From positions 25,869 through 89,868 of the forward strand of contig CAYGZL010000151.1 in the NCBI GenBank assembly GCA_964354345.1: a stretch of 64,000 nt of DNA, in the 5' to 3' direction. Position numbers and translations under genes: made by a program. Origin of the DNA: an uncultured Anaerolineaceae bacterium (GTDB taxonomy: Bacteria > Chloroflexota > Anaerolineae > Anaerolineales > UBA4823). How positions within the stretch are numbered: the stretch's first letter is position 1; each line of letters starts with the position of its first letter. Of this stretch, positions 36,552-44,250 are shown piece after piece. The notes beneath the pieces were generated by a model, which did no database searches, was not told the DNA's origin, and saw only the letters and a program-made list of their open reading frames with translations.

Positions 36552-37124
36552 ATGCTGACAGGACGTTTTGAGGATGCCCTGGTTTTTGCGGCGCGTTTGC
36601 ATGCTGGTCAAAAACGTAAAGGTACAGACATTCCATATTTAGGACATCTTTTGGGGGTTGCCAGTCTGGTTTTGGAGGATGGCGGTGATGAAGATCAAGC
36701 AATTGCCGGCCTGCTCCATGATGCGGTAGAAGACCAGGGGGGGTTATCTGTCTTAGAGGTTATCCGCCAGCGGTTCGGCGAGCGTGTCGCGCGGATCGTT
36801 GACGGTTGTACAGATACCTACGACAATCCGAAGCCTGCCTGGCGGACCCGAAAAGAACATTATTTGGCTCATCTAAGTGTTGTTGCATCAGACGTTTTGC
36901 GTGTCTCTCTGGCCGACAAGCTTCACAATGCCCGTGCCATTCTCCACGATTTGCATAGGCAGGGCATCAGTACCTTCGACCGGTTTAACGGTGGCAGAGA
37001 AGGAACCCTCTGGTATTACTCAGCCCTGGTAATAAAATTTAAGGAATTAGGTGTTTCCACACCCATGGTTGATGAGCTGGAGCAGGTAGTTAATGAAATA
37101 CTACAGTTAGCTGCCGAAGCGTGA
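36552..37124 (+). CDS. HD-domain phosphohydrolase (RelA/SpoT-hydrolase-like small protein)
   Basis: 190 aa. Contains YLGHLLGVASLVLEDGGDEDQAIAGLLHDAVEDQ (an H...HD...D pattern). Confidence 0.7.
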   Translation: MLTGRFEDALVFAARLHAGQKRKGTDIPYLGHLLGVASLVLEDGGDEDQAIAGLLHDAVEDQGGLSVLEVIRQRFGERVARIVDGCTDTYDNPKPAWRTRKEHYLAHLSVVASDVLRVSLADKLHNARAILHDLHRQGISTFDRFNGGREGTLWYYSALVIKFKELGVSTPMVDELEQVVNEILQLAAEA

Positions 37125-37219
37125 GCCCCCGATTGGGTGGGATATATCAGTCCTGAGGCTACCCCATCGATACATTCGTGATATTACTACTCACCCTTCA
37201 CTTCAGTCCAGATACGGTC

Positions 37220-37591
37220 CTAAAGTTTCGTGTCGAGTGAGGATCGCACTTCGTAATCGGCTTTGAGTTTGAGCAGGATTAAGAAGGTGTGTAAGCTAAG
37301 TACACCGGGTAGCTTGCGCAGACTCTGATTTAAAAAGTTGGTAGGATGCTCCCGATCCCGGCACATCACTTCGACGATTAAATCATATCCTCCTGAAACC
37401 ATCAGGAGATAGCTGACCTCAGGGAATTGTGAAATTTGCTGAGCAGCACTTTATACTTCGGAAGGATGCACCGAGACGCCCACTATCTCCGCGATTTCGG
37501 TGTACGGTTTACGACCATCGCGTTCATTTTCCATAATTTCGTAATTACCAGAATAATCATGATATAATCGTACAAGTTCATTGCAAGGCAA
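37220..37591 (-). pseudogene. Lrp/AsnC-family regulator remnant (in-frame stop plus internal deletion)
   Basis: My translation of the upstream part reads ..YEIMENERDGRKPYTEIAEIVGVSVHPSEV-stop (TAA at 37453..37451); this is the HTH part. The same frame continues ISQFPEVSYLLMVSGGYDLIVEVMCRD..., a RAM/AsnC C-terminal domain (ORF track 37220..37402). About 40 residues expected between the two parts are missing. Confidence 0.5.
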
Positions 37592-37597
37592 TAAGTC

Positions 37598-38077
37598 ATG
37601 ACTGTCAATCCTGATACATCCCCACTACCTCAAGCAGCTCTTCCTGAAGCACCAATTCCGAAGGCCGAAAGAAGCACTGGCAAGCAACGGCTTGCTGCGC
37701 TTGGCGTCGTTCTTGCAATTCTCATTATCCTGGCAATCATCGTTGCCAGCATTTACTTTCTACTCCGTCCGGGATATGCAGAGACCACGGCTCAAATCCG
37801 AGATGTCTTTATCATCTTCCTGGCGTTAGAGTCTTTGCTTATCGGGTTGGTATTGGTCTTATTGATATTCCAGTTAGCTCGTTTGATCAATCTCTTGCAA
37901 AATGAAATCAAGCCCATCCTTGAATCGACTAATGAGACCGTCAGTCACTTGCGTGGGACTACCGCGTTTCTCGGCGATAATCTGGTCGCGCCGGTAATTA
38001 AGCTCAATGAATACCTGGCAGGTTTGTCCCAATTGTTGCAAGTGATTGGTTTGGCGCGTAAAAAACCGAAAAATTAG
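37598..38077 (+). CDS. Membrane protein, DUF948-like (YtxG-like)
   Basis: 159 aa with a disordered N-terminus, two TM helices and a helical C-terminal region. Its position directly upstream of a YtxH gene mirrors the Bacillus ytxG-ytxH order (from memory). Confidence 0.4.
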   Translation: MTVNPDTSPLPQAALPEAPIPKAERSTGKQRLAALGVVLAILIILAIIVASIYFLLRPGYAETTAQIRDVFIIFLALESLLIGLVLVLLIFQLARLINLLQNEIKPILESTNETVSHLRGTTAFLGDNLVAPVIKLNEYLAGLSQLLQVIGLARKKPKN

Positions 38078-38096
38078 ATCATCAGGAGAGTGATAG

Positions 38097-38486
38097 ATGT
38101 CAGATAGCAACGATTTCACGAACTTTTTGGCAGGCTTTGTTATTGGAGGCCTGGTCGGCGCAGCAGTAGCACTCTTAATGGCTCCGCAATCGGGTGAGGC
38201 GACGCGGGCGACTATTCGCGAAAAGAGCATCGAACTGCGCGATAAAGCTGCTGAGACTGCCGAGGATGCTCGGGCAAGGGCTGAGAAAGGTATTGAGGAG
38301 GCCCGTATCCGCCTGGAACAGGCAACTGTAGATTTGCGTAGCCGAACGGAGGAATTGACTCGCGTGACTCGTGAACGAGCCGCGGAGCTACAAAAACGTG
38401 GTCAGGGAATCCTGGATGAGCAGCGCGCTCGTATAGCCAAGGGTAAAAATGTCGGAGAAGAACCGGCTGCGCCGGCTGCCGAGTAA
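38097..38486 (+). CDS. YtxH-domain general-stress-type protein
   Basis: 129 aa. FLAGFVIGGLVGAAVALLMAPQSGEATRATIREK is the YtxH signature, followed by a charged helical tail. Confidence 0.75.
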   Translation: MSDSNDFTNFLAGFVIGGLVGAAVALLMAPQSGEATRATIREKSIELRDKAAETAEDARARAEKGIEEARIRLEQATVDLRSRTEELTRVTRERAAELQKRGQGILDEQRARIAKGKNVGEEPAAPAAE

Positions 38487-38511
38487 CATAAATTACTATC
38501 AACTAACCAGA

Positions 38512-38546
38512 AGCCGGGGATGATTGCTGTTTATCCCTGGCTTTTG
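38512..38546. terminator. Hairpin between convergent ytxH-like and nnr genes
   Basis: AGCCGGGGA (38512..38520) pairs with TCCCTGGCT (38534..38542), giving 9 bp including one G-U pair. It is followed by TTT. Confidence 0.5.
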
Positions 38547-38548
38547 AT

Positions 38549-40180
38549 TCATTGAAGATCATTCATAACATCAATCACGGAACGCAGCACGTCGCCAGCT
38601 ATGACCGAGGCTGGATTGCCAACTGCCAGAGCAGCCTTGATACCGGCCTGGGCATGGATCCAGGCGGCTGCAACTGCCGCAAGATAAGCCTCTACCCCCT
38701 GGGCTCGCAAGCCAACAATCAATCCAGCCAGTACATCACCTGTTCCGGCGCGCGCCAGGGCCGGTGAAGCTACTGGGATAATAGCAGTTTGGCCATCCGG
38801 AGCGGCAATAATCGTCATCGCTCCTTTTAGCACAACAACATGGCCCCATATACGGCTGAAACGCTCAGCAGTGAGTAATCGTTCAGCCTGGATTTCATCT
38901 CGCGAAAGCTGGGTTAAGACTGCCATTTCACCTGGGTGGGGCGTCAAGACTGCTGTGCCAGGCAAGAGGGCGGGCCAGTCGGGCAGGCGGGCTAGCAATT
39001 TCAATCCATCGGCGTCAATCACCAGTGGAGGTAAGTGATCTGGTTTTGCTTGAACAGACTCTGGCGCCATCCGTGCAAAGCCTATCCGTCCCGGGGCGGG
39101 TTGTGTCGGGCTGGTCAACAGCCGGTTAAGAAACTCTCCGGTACTGGTTTCCAGACCGAATCCCGGACCGATAAGCAAGGCTGTAGCGCGTTCGAAGCTC
39201 TCCCGAACAATTTCCGCAGCATCCGCGGCGATGACACCGATTTCATCCGGTAATAACACCCAGGTAGCCTCTGGGAACTGGCCAGCCAGCGGCGTGTGAA
39301 GAGGCGCTGGAACAGCGAGAGTGACAAGACCAGCACCAATCCGGTAAGCTGCCTGTCCAGCCAGCCAGGCAGCCCCGGTATAGTTTACCGAACCAGCTAC
39401 CACTAAAGCAGTCCCGAAAGTGCCTTTATGAGCGTTGACTGGACGCGAGGGGATAATTTCGCGCACCCACTCGAAATCAGCTACCCGGCGCGTGACCTGC
39501 CTCCAGGCAAGCAGGTTCTCCATCTGCTGGGGCAGCCCGATTTCAACCACCTGGATATCGCCGACAAGCTCATAGGCGGGAAATCTTAATAATCCATATT
39601 TGACTGCCGCCATCGTGACGGTCCGTTCGGCCGTGAGACATTCGGCAGCCGCCTCTCCACTATCGCAATCAATTCCAGAGGGACAGTCCACCGCCACCAC
39701 ACAGGGTGGGTCTTCCAGGGCGGCCAGAATTTGTTGGATTGTTTTTAAGATACTGCCTAGCTCTGGTTTCAGGGGTAAACGCACACCCGTGCCCAACACA
39801 CCATCGAGCAGCACGGCATGGGAGTGCAGGAGTTCACTGAGCTGTGTATAAGATGGATCCTCCTCCACGCGGAAAAGCTTGCCGCCAGCGTTTAACAGAC
39901 GAGTAATCAGAGGATCATCCTCTGGTCGTGGCCGCACCAGATATGCGCTGGCAGGCCACTCTTGCTGTGCTAAATAAGTCAAAGCGACGAGGGTGTCACC
40001 GCCGTTGTTGCCAGAACCGACCAGCCCACATACACCTTCATCAGTCAGATAGCCATAAAAATCGGCGACCACTTCTGCCAGACCCCGGCCAGCATTTTCC
40101 ATCATCATTTCATAAGTCAGGCCCTTCTGGTTGGCTTCATCTTCCACAGCTTGCATTTCAGCCATACTGATTAGCTTCAT
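38549..40180 (-). CDS. nnr: Bifunctional NAD(P)H-hydrate repair enzyme (epimerase + ADP-dependent dehydratase)
   Basis: 543 aa. The YjeF-N part has GSGNNGGD. The C-terminal carbohydrate-kinase part has HKGTFGTALVVAGS and GTGDVLAG. Confidence 0.9.
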   Translation of the reverse strand: MKLISMAEMQAVEDEANQKGLTYEMMMENAGRGLAEVVADFYGYLTDEGVCGLVGSGNNGGDTLVALTYLAQQEWPASAYLVRPRPEDDPLITRLLNAGGKLFRVEEDPSYTQLSELLHSHAVLLDGVLGTGVRLPLKPELGSILKTIQQILAALEDPPCVVAVDCPSGIDCDSGEAAAECLTAERTVTMAAVKYGLLRFPAYELVGDIQVVEIGLPQQMENLLAWRQVTRRVADFEWVREIIPSRPVNAHKGTFGTALVVAGSVNYTGAAWLAGQAAYRIGAGLVTLAVPAPLHTPLAGQFPEATWVLLPDEIGVIAADAAEIVRESFERATALLIGPGFGLETSTGEFLNRLLTSPTQPAPGRIGFARMAPESVQAKPDHLPPLVIDADGLKLLARLPDWPALLPGTAVLTPHPGEMAVLTQLSRDEIQAERLLTAERFSRIWGHVVVLKGAMTIIAAPDGQTAIIPVASPALARAGTGDVLAGLIVGLRAQGVEAYLAAVAAAWIHAQAGIKAALAVGNPASVIAGDVLRSVIDVMNDLQ

Positions 40181-40208
40181 AATTACATCCTTTAATAGTT
40201 ATTAGAGA

Positions 40209-42050
40209 TTATTCGGTTTGTCTCACAGGAGGCCACAAATCCTGCGCAGCCCAGGCCAGACCTAACTCGGATAACTTTTCGAATGTTGGGTAACCCGTTA
40301 TCAAATCCCAACCCCGCGCGATATAGTAAGCATCGAGCATCGCCGGAAAATCAATTTTGGTATCCTTGTCACCCAAGGGATTATCCTTCCTGGGTCGTAG
40401 TAATGGCTTAGGTAGCGTATCATTGGCACGGGTCAGTCCTAGGCGGTTATTAATGACTCGTTTCAGGTTCCAGCCCCGTTCACCACATTTCAAGAAGTCC
40501 ATGAGGTCCTTGTTAAAACCACACGCCAGGTTCACCAATTCGGCAATGTTCTCGGGTGGTACATTGGCAAACAAACATATCACGAGCGCATTATTGAGCG
40601 TGCGCCAATCTTGGTGGCGAGCGACGTTGGCAGCCTTTTCGGCACCACCCAGGCGAGGGTAGAGTTGTAACCCCAGGCTGCTTTCCACCTGACCAATATC
40701 TGCAAGAAAATAGTCCGATTGGTTATGACAACCGCCGCGGGGAGAAGTAGCATAAACTAACGCCATACCTGTCGCACCGCGCGGATCATGGTATGCGATT
40801 TCCAGGTTGTTTACCTGGACAGCTTCCTCAGGTGCGCCAAAGTGCTTTGCCAGGGCACGGGCTCCTTGTGCCAGGTAGTTGCCGATGCCTTCGCCGCGCA
40901 CCGTTTGCTGGATGAGGGGGGCAACCACCTCTTCCTTGCCCCATTCCAACACCAATCCACTGGTATCTGCTGGTGTGATTACGCCTATCTCGTAGAGACG
41001 AAATGCCAGGCCAATGACATTGCTCATACTGATGCTATCTAAACCATATCGATCGCACATCTCGCCCAGGTGGGTGGCCAGGATCGCATTGTTCAAGCCC
41101 AGGTTGGGGCCGAACCCCATTAGAGTTTCGTATTCTGGGCCTTTACGCCGGACGCCATCTTCCAAAGTGACAACTCGTCCGCAAGCGATAACACAAGCAT
41201 GGCAGGCGCTAATACCAGTTAAGATGGTTTCTTTCACAGCTGCGCCGGAAATGTGTAATTCCTCTTCAACACCACCCTCCTGGAAGTATCTTTTGGGCAT
41301 CTCACCCAGGTAGTTGAAATACTCTGCAGAACTGGAAGTACCTAACTCGCGCAAAACCAGGCTCTGCGAAGCGGAGCGCAGGGTTCGGTTTATTTCCGAC
41401 CGCCGGCTGCTGAAAGCTGCTGGATCGGCTATGGGTACTTTGCCATGCCCTTGAACTGCGATGGCTTTTAGATTCTTCGAACCCATCAGCGCGCCCATGC
41501 CAGTCCGGCCGGCCACGCGGCCATGATCACATAGCACCAGAGCAAAGGGGATTAATTTCTCCCCAGCCGGTCCGATTGCTGCTACCCGTACTTTACCAGC
41601 TTGGAGCTGTTCTTCCAGGGTGGCCTGGGTTTGGTAGGTGTCCATACCCCAAAGGTGAGAGGCGGACTGTATTTTAACCTTATCATCCTGGATCCAGAGA
41701 TAGACGGGTTCTTCCGCGCGCCCTTCGATCCACACGCCAGTATAACCAGCCGAGCGTAGCTCCGGCCCCCAAAAACCACCACAGTTCGATTCGCCCCACA
41801 GCCTGGTGGCGGGTGAGCGGCCACAAATGACAAATCGCCCCACTGCCGGCCCGGCTGTTCCCGTCAGAGGGCCATTCATGAAGAGAATTGGCGCTTCAGG
41901 CGCCAGGGGATCTATATCAACTTGGATATGGCGATATAAGAAGCGAGCTGCCAGCGAGGCTCCACCCAGGTAATCTTCTACCCAATCGGACGGGATATCC
42001 ATCTGGTCAATCGTTAATGTGGTTAAATTTATCTTCAGAATAGGCTGCAT
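40209..42050 (-). CDS. Aldehyde:ferredoxin oxidoreductase family (tungsto/molybdopterin enzyme)
   Basis: 613 aa. The N-terminal ILKINLTTLTI...YLGGASLAARFLY is AOR-like. Contains cysteines spaced as expected for a [4Fe-4S] cluster. Confidence 0.9.
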   Translation of the reverse strand: MQPILKINLTTLTIDQMDIPSDWVEDYLGGASLAARFLYRHIQVDIDPLAPEAPILFMNGPLTGTAGPAVGRFVICGRSPATRLWGESNCGGFWGPELRSAGYTGVWIEGRAEEPVYLWIQDDKVKIQSASHLWGMDTYQTQATLEEQLQAGKVRVAAIGPAGEKLIPFALVLCDHGRVAGRTGMGALMGSKNLKAIAVQGHGKVPIADPAAFSSRRSEINRTLRSASQSLVLRELGTSSSAEYFNYLGEMPKRYFQEGGVEEELHISGAAVKETILTGISACHACVIACGRVVTLEDGVRRKGPEYETLMGFGPNLGLNNAILATHLGEMCDRYGLDSISMSNVIGLAFRLYEIGVITPADTSGLVLEWGKEEVVAPLIQQTVRGEGIGNYLAQGARALAKHFGAPEEAVQVNNLEIAYHDPRGATGMALVYATSPRGGCHNQSDYFLADIGQVESSLGLQLYPRLGGAEKAANVARHQDWRTLNNALVICLFANVPPENIAELVNLACGFNKDLMDFLKCGERGWNLKRVINNRLGLTRANDTLPKPLLRPRKDNPLGDKDTKIDFPAMLDAYYIARGWDLITGYPTFEKLSELGLAWAAQDLWPPVRQTE

Positions 42051-42169
42051 TCCTAGTCTCTCCGGACGCCTTGGTATGGTTGATTATCCAATAGCTCTAT
42101 TTTACATCCTACTGGCGATAACAATTTGTCTAATTGCAGTTTTTTGGGTATTGTTGTATAGTTCAAGCT

Positions 42170-42515
42170 ATGCCGGATTGGGTTGTCAGAAACCTTGACG
42201 AAAGCGACCGACCCTGGGTTGCTGAATGGCTCAGGCGAAGTTGGGGGGCGACGCAGGTGGTGTCGCTCGGTCAGGTCGCATCAGGCGGATCAATTACCCG
42301 GCCTGGCAGCTTTCTGGGCAGGTTCAAGCTCGGTCACCCAACCGGTGCGAGTTGGTGAGCCGGTCGGATTTATCGCCTACCATCTTGCGGGTGGAGAGTG
42401 CCAGATAGTTACCATTAATAGTTTGCTTGAGAATATTGGAATCGGCCTGGGCGGCATTCCGATTCGAGATGAGATCGAACTGGAGATGATTCTGTCTTTA
42501 TCTGGGAAATATTAA
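42170..42515 (+). pseudogene. GNAT-type acetyltransferase remnant (frameshift plus internal deletion)
   Basis: Two overlapping ORF-track frames together spell one protein: MPDWVVRNLDESDRPWVAEWLRRSWGATQVVSLGQV (frame of 42134..42358), then ADQLPGLAAF...GEPVGFIAYHLAGGECQIVTINSLLENIGIG-LGGIPIRDEIELEMIL (frame of 42183..42515). The acetyl-CoA-binding core between ENIGIG and GIPIRDEIELE appears to be missing. Confidence 0.5.
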
Positions 42516-42531
42516 TTTTGGAGGCAGAGAG

Positions 42532-43467
42532 ATGGCATTTTATCGAATACTTTCATTAGATGGTGGTGGAATCCGAGGGGTAATTACTGCGACAATACTG
42601 GAGAGATTAGAGAAAGCTTGCCCAGGTTTTCTTAAAAAATTTGATTTATTTGCCGGGACCTCAACGGGAGGCATCCTGGCTCTGGGATTTGCTTACGGCT
42701 TCACCCCGACCGAGGCACGCGAATTATATGAAAAACATGGTAAGGAAGTTTTTACCGATACGATTCTGGATGATGTGCGCGACCTGGGTAGCTTAATTGG
42801 AGCGGATTATGAAACGGGACCGTTAAAAAAGTTGTTAATGAACCAATTTGGCCTGACACGGCTTCGTGAACTGCCCAAACGAGTCCTGATCTCAACGTTC
42901 GATATGGACTACGACCCTGAAAAAGATCCACGGCGGAAACCAGATGGGATACCTTTTCGCTCCTGGAAAGCTAAGTTTTTTCATAATTACCCGGGCGACG
43001 AATCGGATGGGGAGCAGTTAATGGTGGATGTCGCCGTACGGACCAGCGCCGCGCCAACCTTTTTCCCGATTTACCAGGGTTATGTGGATGGAGGCGTAGT
43101 AGCGACGAATCCCAGTGTCTGCGCTTTGGCTCAGGCGCTGCATACCAAGACGGGTGGACAATTGCTCGAGAATGTGATCCTGCTGTCTGTGGGTACTGGT
43201 TTAAGCCCTCGTTATTTGGCGGTTGAAGATGGGGATTGGGGTTTGATGCAATGGGCTCCCCATATGATTAGCCTGATGCTGGAAGGTAACGCCGGACTGG
43301 CGGATTATCAATGCCGTCAACTCTTAGGCGATCATTATCAGCGCATCGAATCGCTGCTGCCCTATTCTATTGAATTGGATGGCGTGAACCAGATGCCAAC
43401 TATGCTGGAGGTCGCTCGTAATGTAGACTTGAGCCAGGCTATTGCATGGCTTGAAAATTTTTTCTAA
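42532..43467 (+). CDS. Patatin-like phospholipase
   Basis: 311 aa. Contains LSLDGGGIRG, the nucleophile elbow GTSTGG and the catalytic Asp in YVDGGV. Confidence 0.85.
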   Translation: MAFYRILSLDGGGIRGVITATILERLEKACPGFLKKFDLFAGTSTGGILALGFAYGFTPTEARELYEKHGKEVFTDTILDDVRDLGSLIGADYETGPLKKLLMNQFGLTRLRELPKRVLISTFDMDYDPEKDPRRKPDGIPFRSWKAKFFHNYPGDESDGEQLMVDVAVRTSAAPTFFPIYQGYVDGGVVATNPSVCALAQALHTKTGGQLLENVILLSVGTGLSPRYLAVEDGDWGLMQWAPHMISLMLEGNAGLADYQCRQLLGDHYQRIESLLPYSIELDGVNQMPTMLEVARNVDLSQAIAWLENFF

Positions 43468-43485
43468 AACCAGCTAACATTTTCT

Positions 43486-44250
43486 TCAGGCGCATGCTTG
43501 GTTTATCCAGGTTGGGAGATTGTCAATCAGGTGTTTCATAATGTCTTCAGTGGCAGCCTCGAAAAAAGCCAGATTGCCGTAAGCTTCACTGGTTTGGATG
43601 CTTTCACCTTGAAAGCCAACCAGATCGGTGACGCCGCGCAGGATCAACAGTCGTGTCTGGTTGCGAGCAGCCACGAAAGCGATCGCGCCCGATTCCCAAT
43701 CGCCTGCGATCGCGCCGTAGCGCGCTTTAAGTAAGGGAATGTCTTCAACAAGCAGATCCCGATCGCCTGAGACCAGCAGTGAACGATGTACATTGATCAG
43801 GTTCGGGCTTTTCAACCAGGACAGGTCGATCTGAGTGGTGTAATGGGCGATGTGGGCATCAAAGTCACCCATCTGTTCGAGGATGTCATAAACAATCGTT
43901 TTCTCCGCCAGGAGGATCGTCCCGCGTTCAATTTCACCTGCAAAACCCCCGCAGGTTCCTAAATTAATCAACAGGTCAGGTTTCCAGCGGTCAATGACAT
44001 ACTGAGTTGAAGCTGCAGCAGCGATTTTCCCCCAGCCACCCTGGAAGAACGTCACGGTATTTTTCGAGTTTGTTTCAACGCATTGATCGGTTAATTCCTG
44101 AACAAACCATTCACCGAACAGGGAGAGTTGTACCTGAGCAGCAGGGTAGTGTCTGTGAATCACCTGCCACTCGGCATCAGCAGAGATTAAGATAATTATT
44201 CGGCTCGGATCCGTCAAGGCGTATTTTGTTCCAGGAGTTTTGGGAACCAA
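43486..44250 (-). CDS. Nucleoside phosphorylase-fold protein (MTA/SAH nucleosidase-like, PNP_UDP_1 family)
   Basis: 254 aa. Contains LINLGTCGGFAGEIERGTILL and IAGDWESGAIAFVAARN. An alternative TTG start at 44217 would give a TTGA start/stop overlap with the upstream gene. Confidence 0.65.
   Translation of the reverse strand: MVPKTPGTKYALTDPSRIIILISADAEWQVIHRHYPAAQVQLSLFGEWFVQELTDQCVETNSKNTVTFFQGGWGKIAAAASTQYVIDRWKPDLLINLGTCGGFAGEIERGTILLAEKTIVYDILEQMGDFDAHIAHYTTQIDLSWLKSPNLINVHRSLLVSGDRDLLVEDIPLLKARYGAIAGDWESGAIAFVAARNQTRLLILRGVTDLVGFQGESIQTSEAYGNLAFFEAATEDIMKHLIDNLPTWINQACA

Noticed and set aside
42051-42133. A possible Moco/Tuco riboswitch upstream of the aldehyde:ferredoxin oxidoreductase gene. 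The 65-nt moaD leader (56533-56597) was considered for the same reason.
   Set aside because: The leaders are too short (about 80 nt and 65 nt) for that ~130-nt motif, and I could not find its conserved stems and loops by eye.
42532-44250. Patatin-like lipase next to a PNP-fold nucleosidase as a possible CBASS-like or other anti-phage effector pair.
   Set aside because: The two genes are convergent and belong to different transcription units. No cyclase, sensor, STAND/ATPase or other defence-associated gene is nearby. The nucleosidase is coupled to an upstream lipoprotein operon instead.
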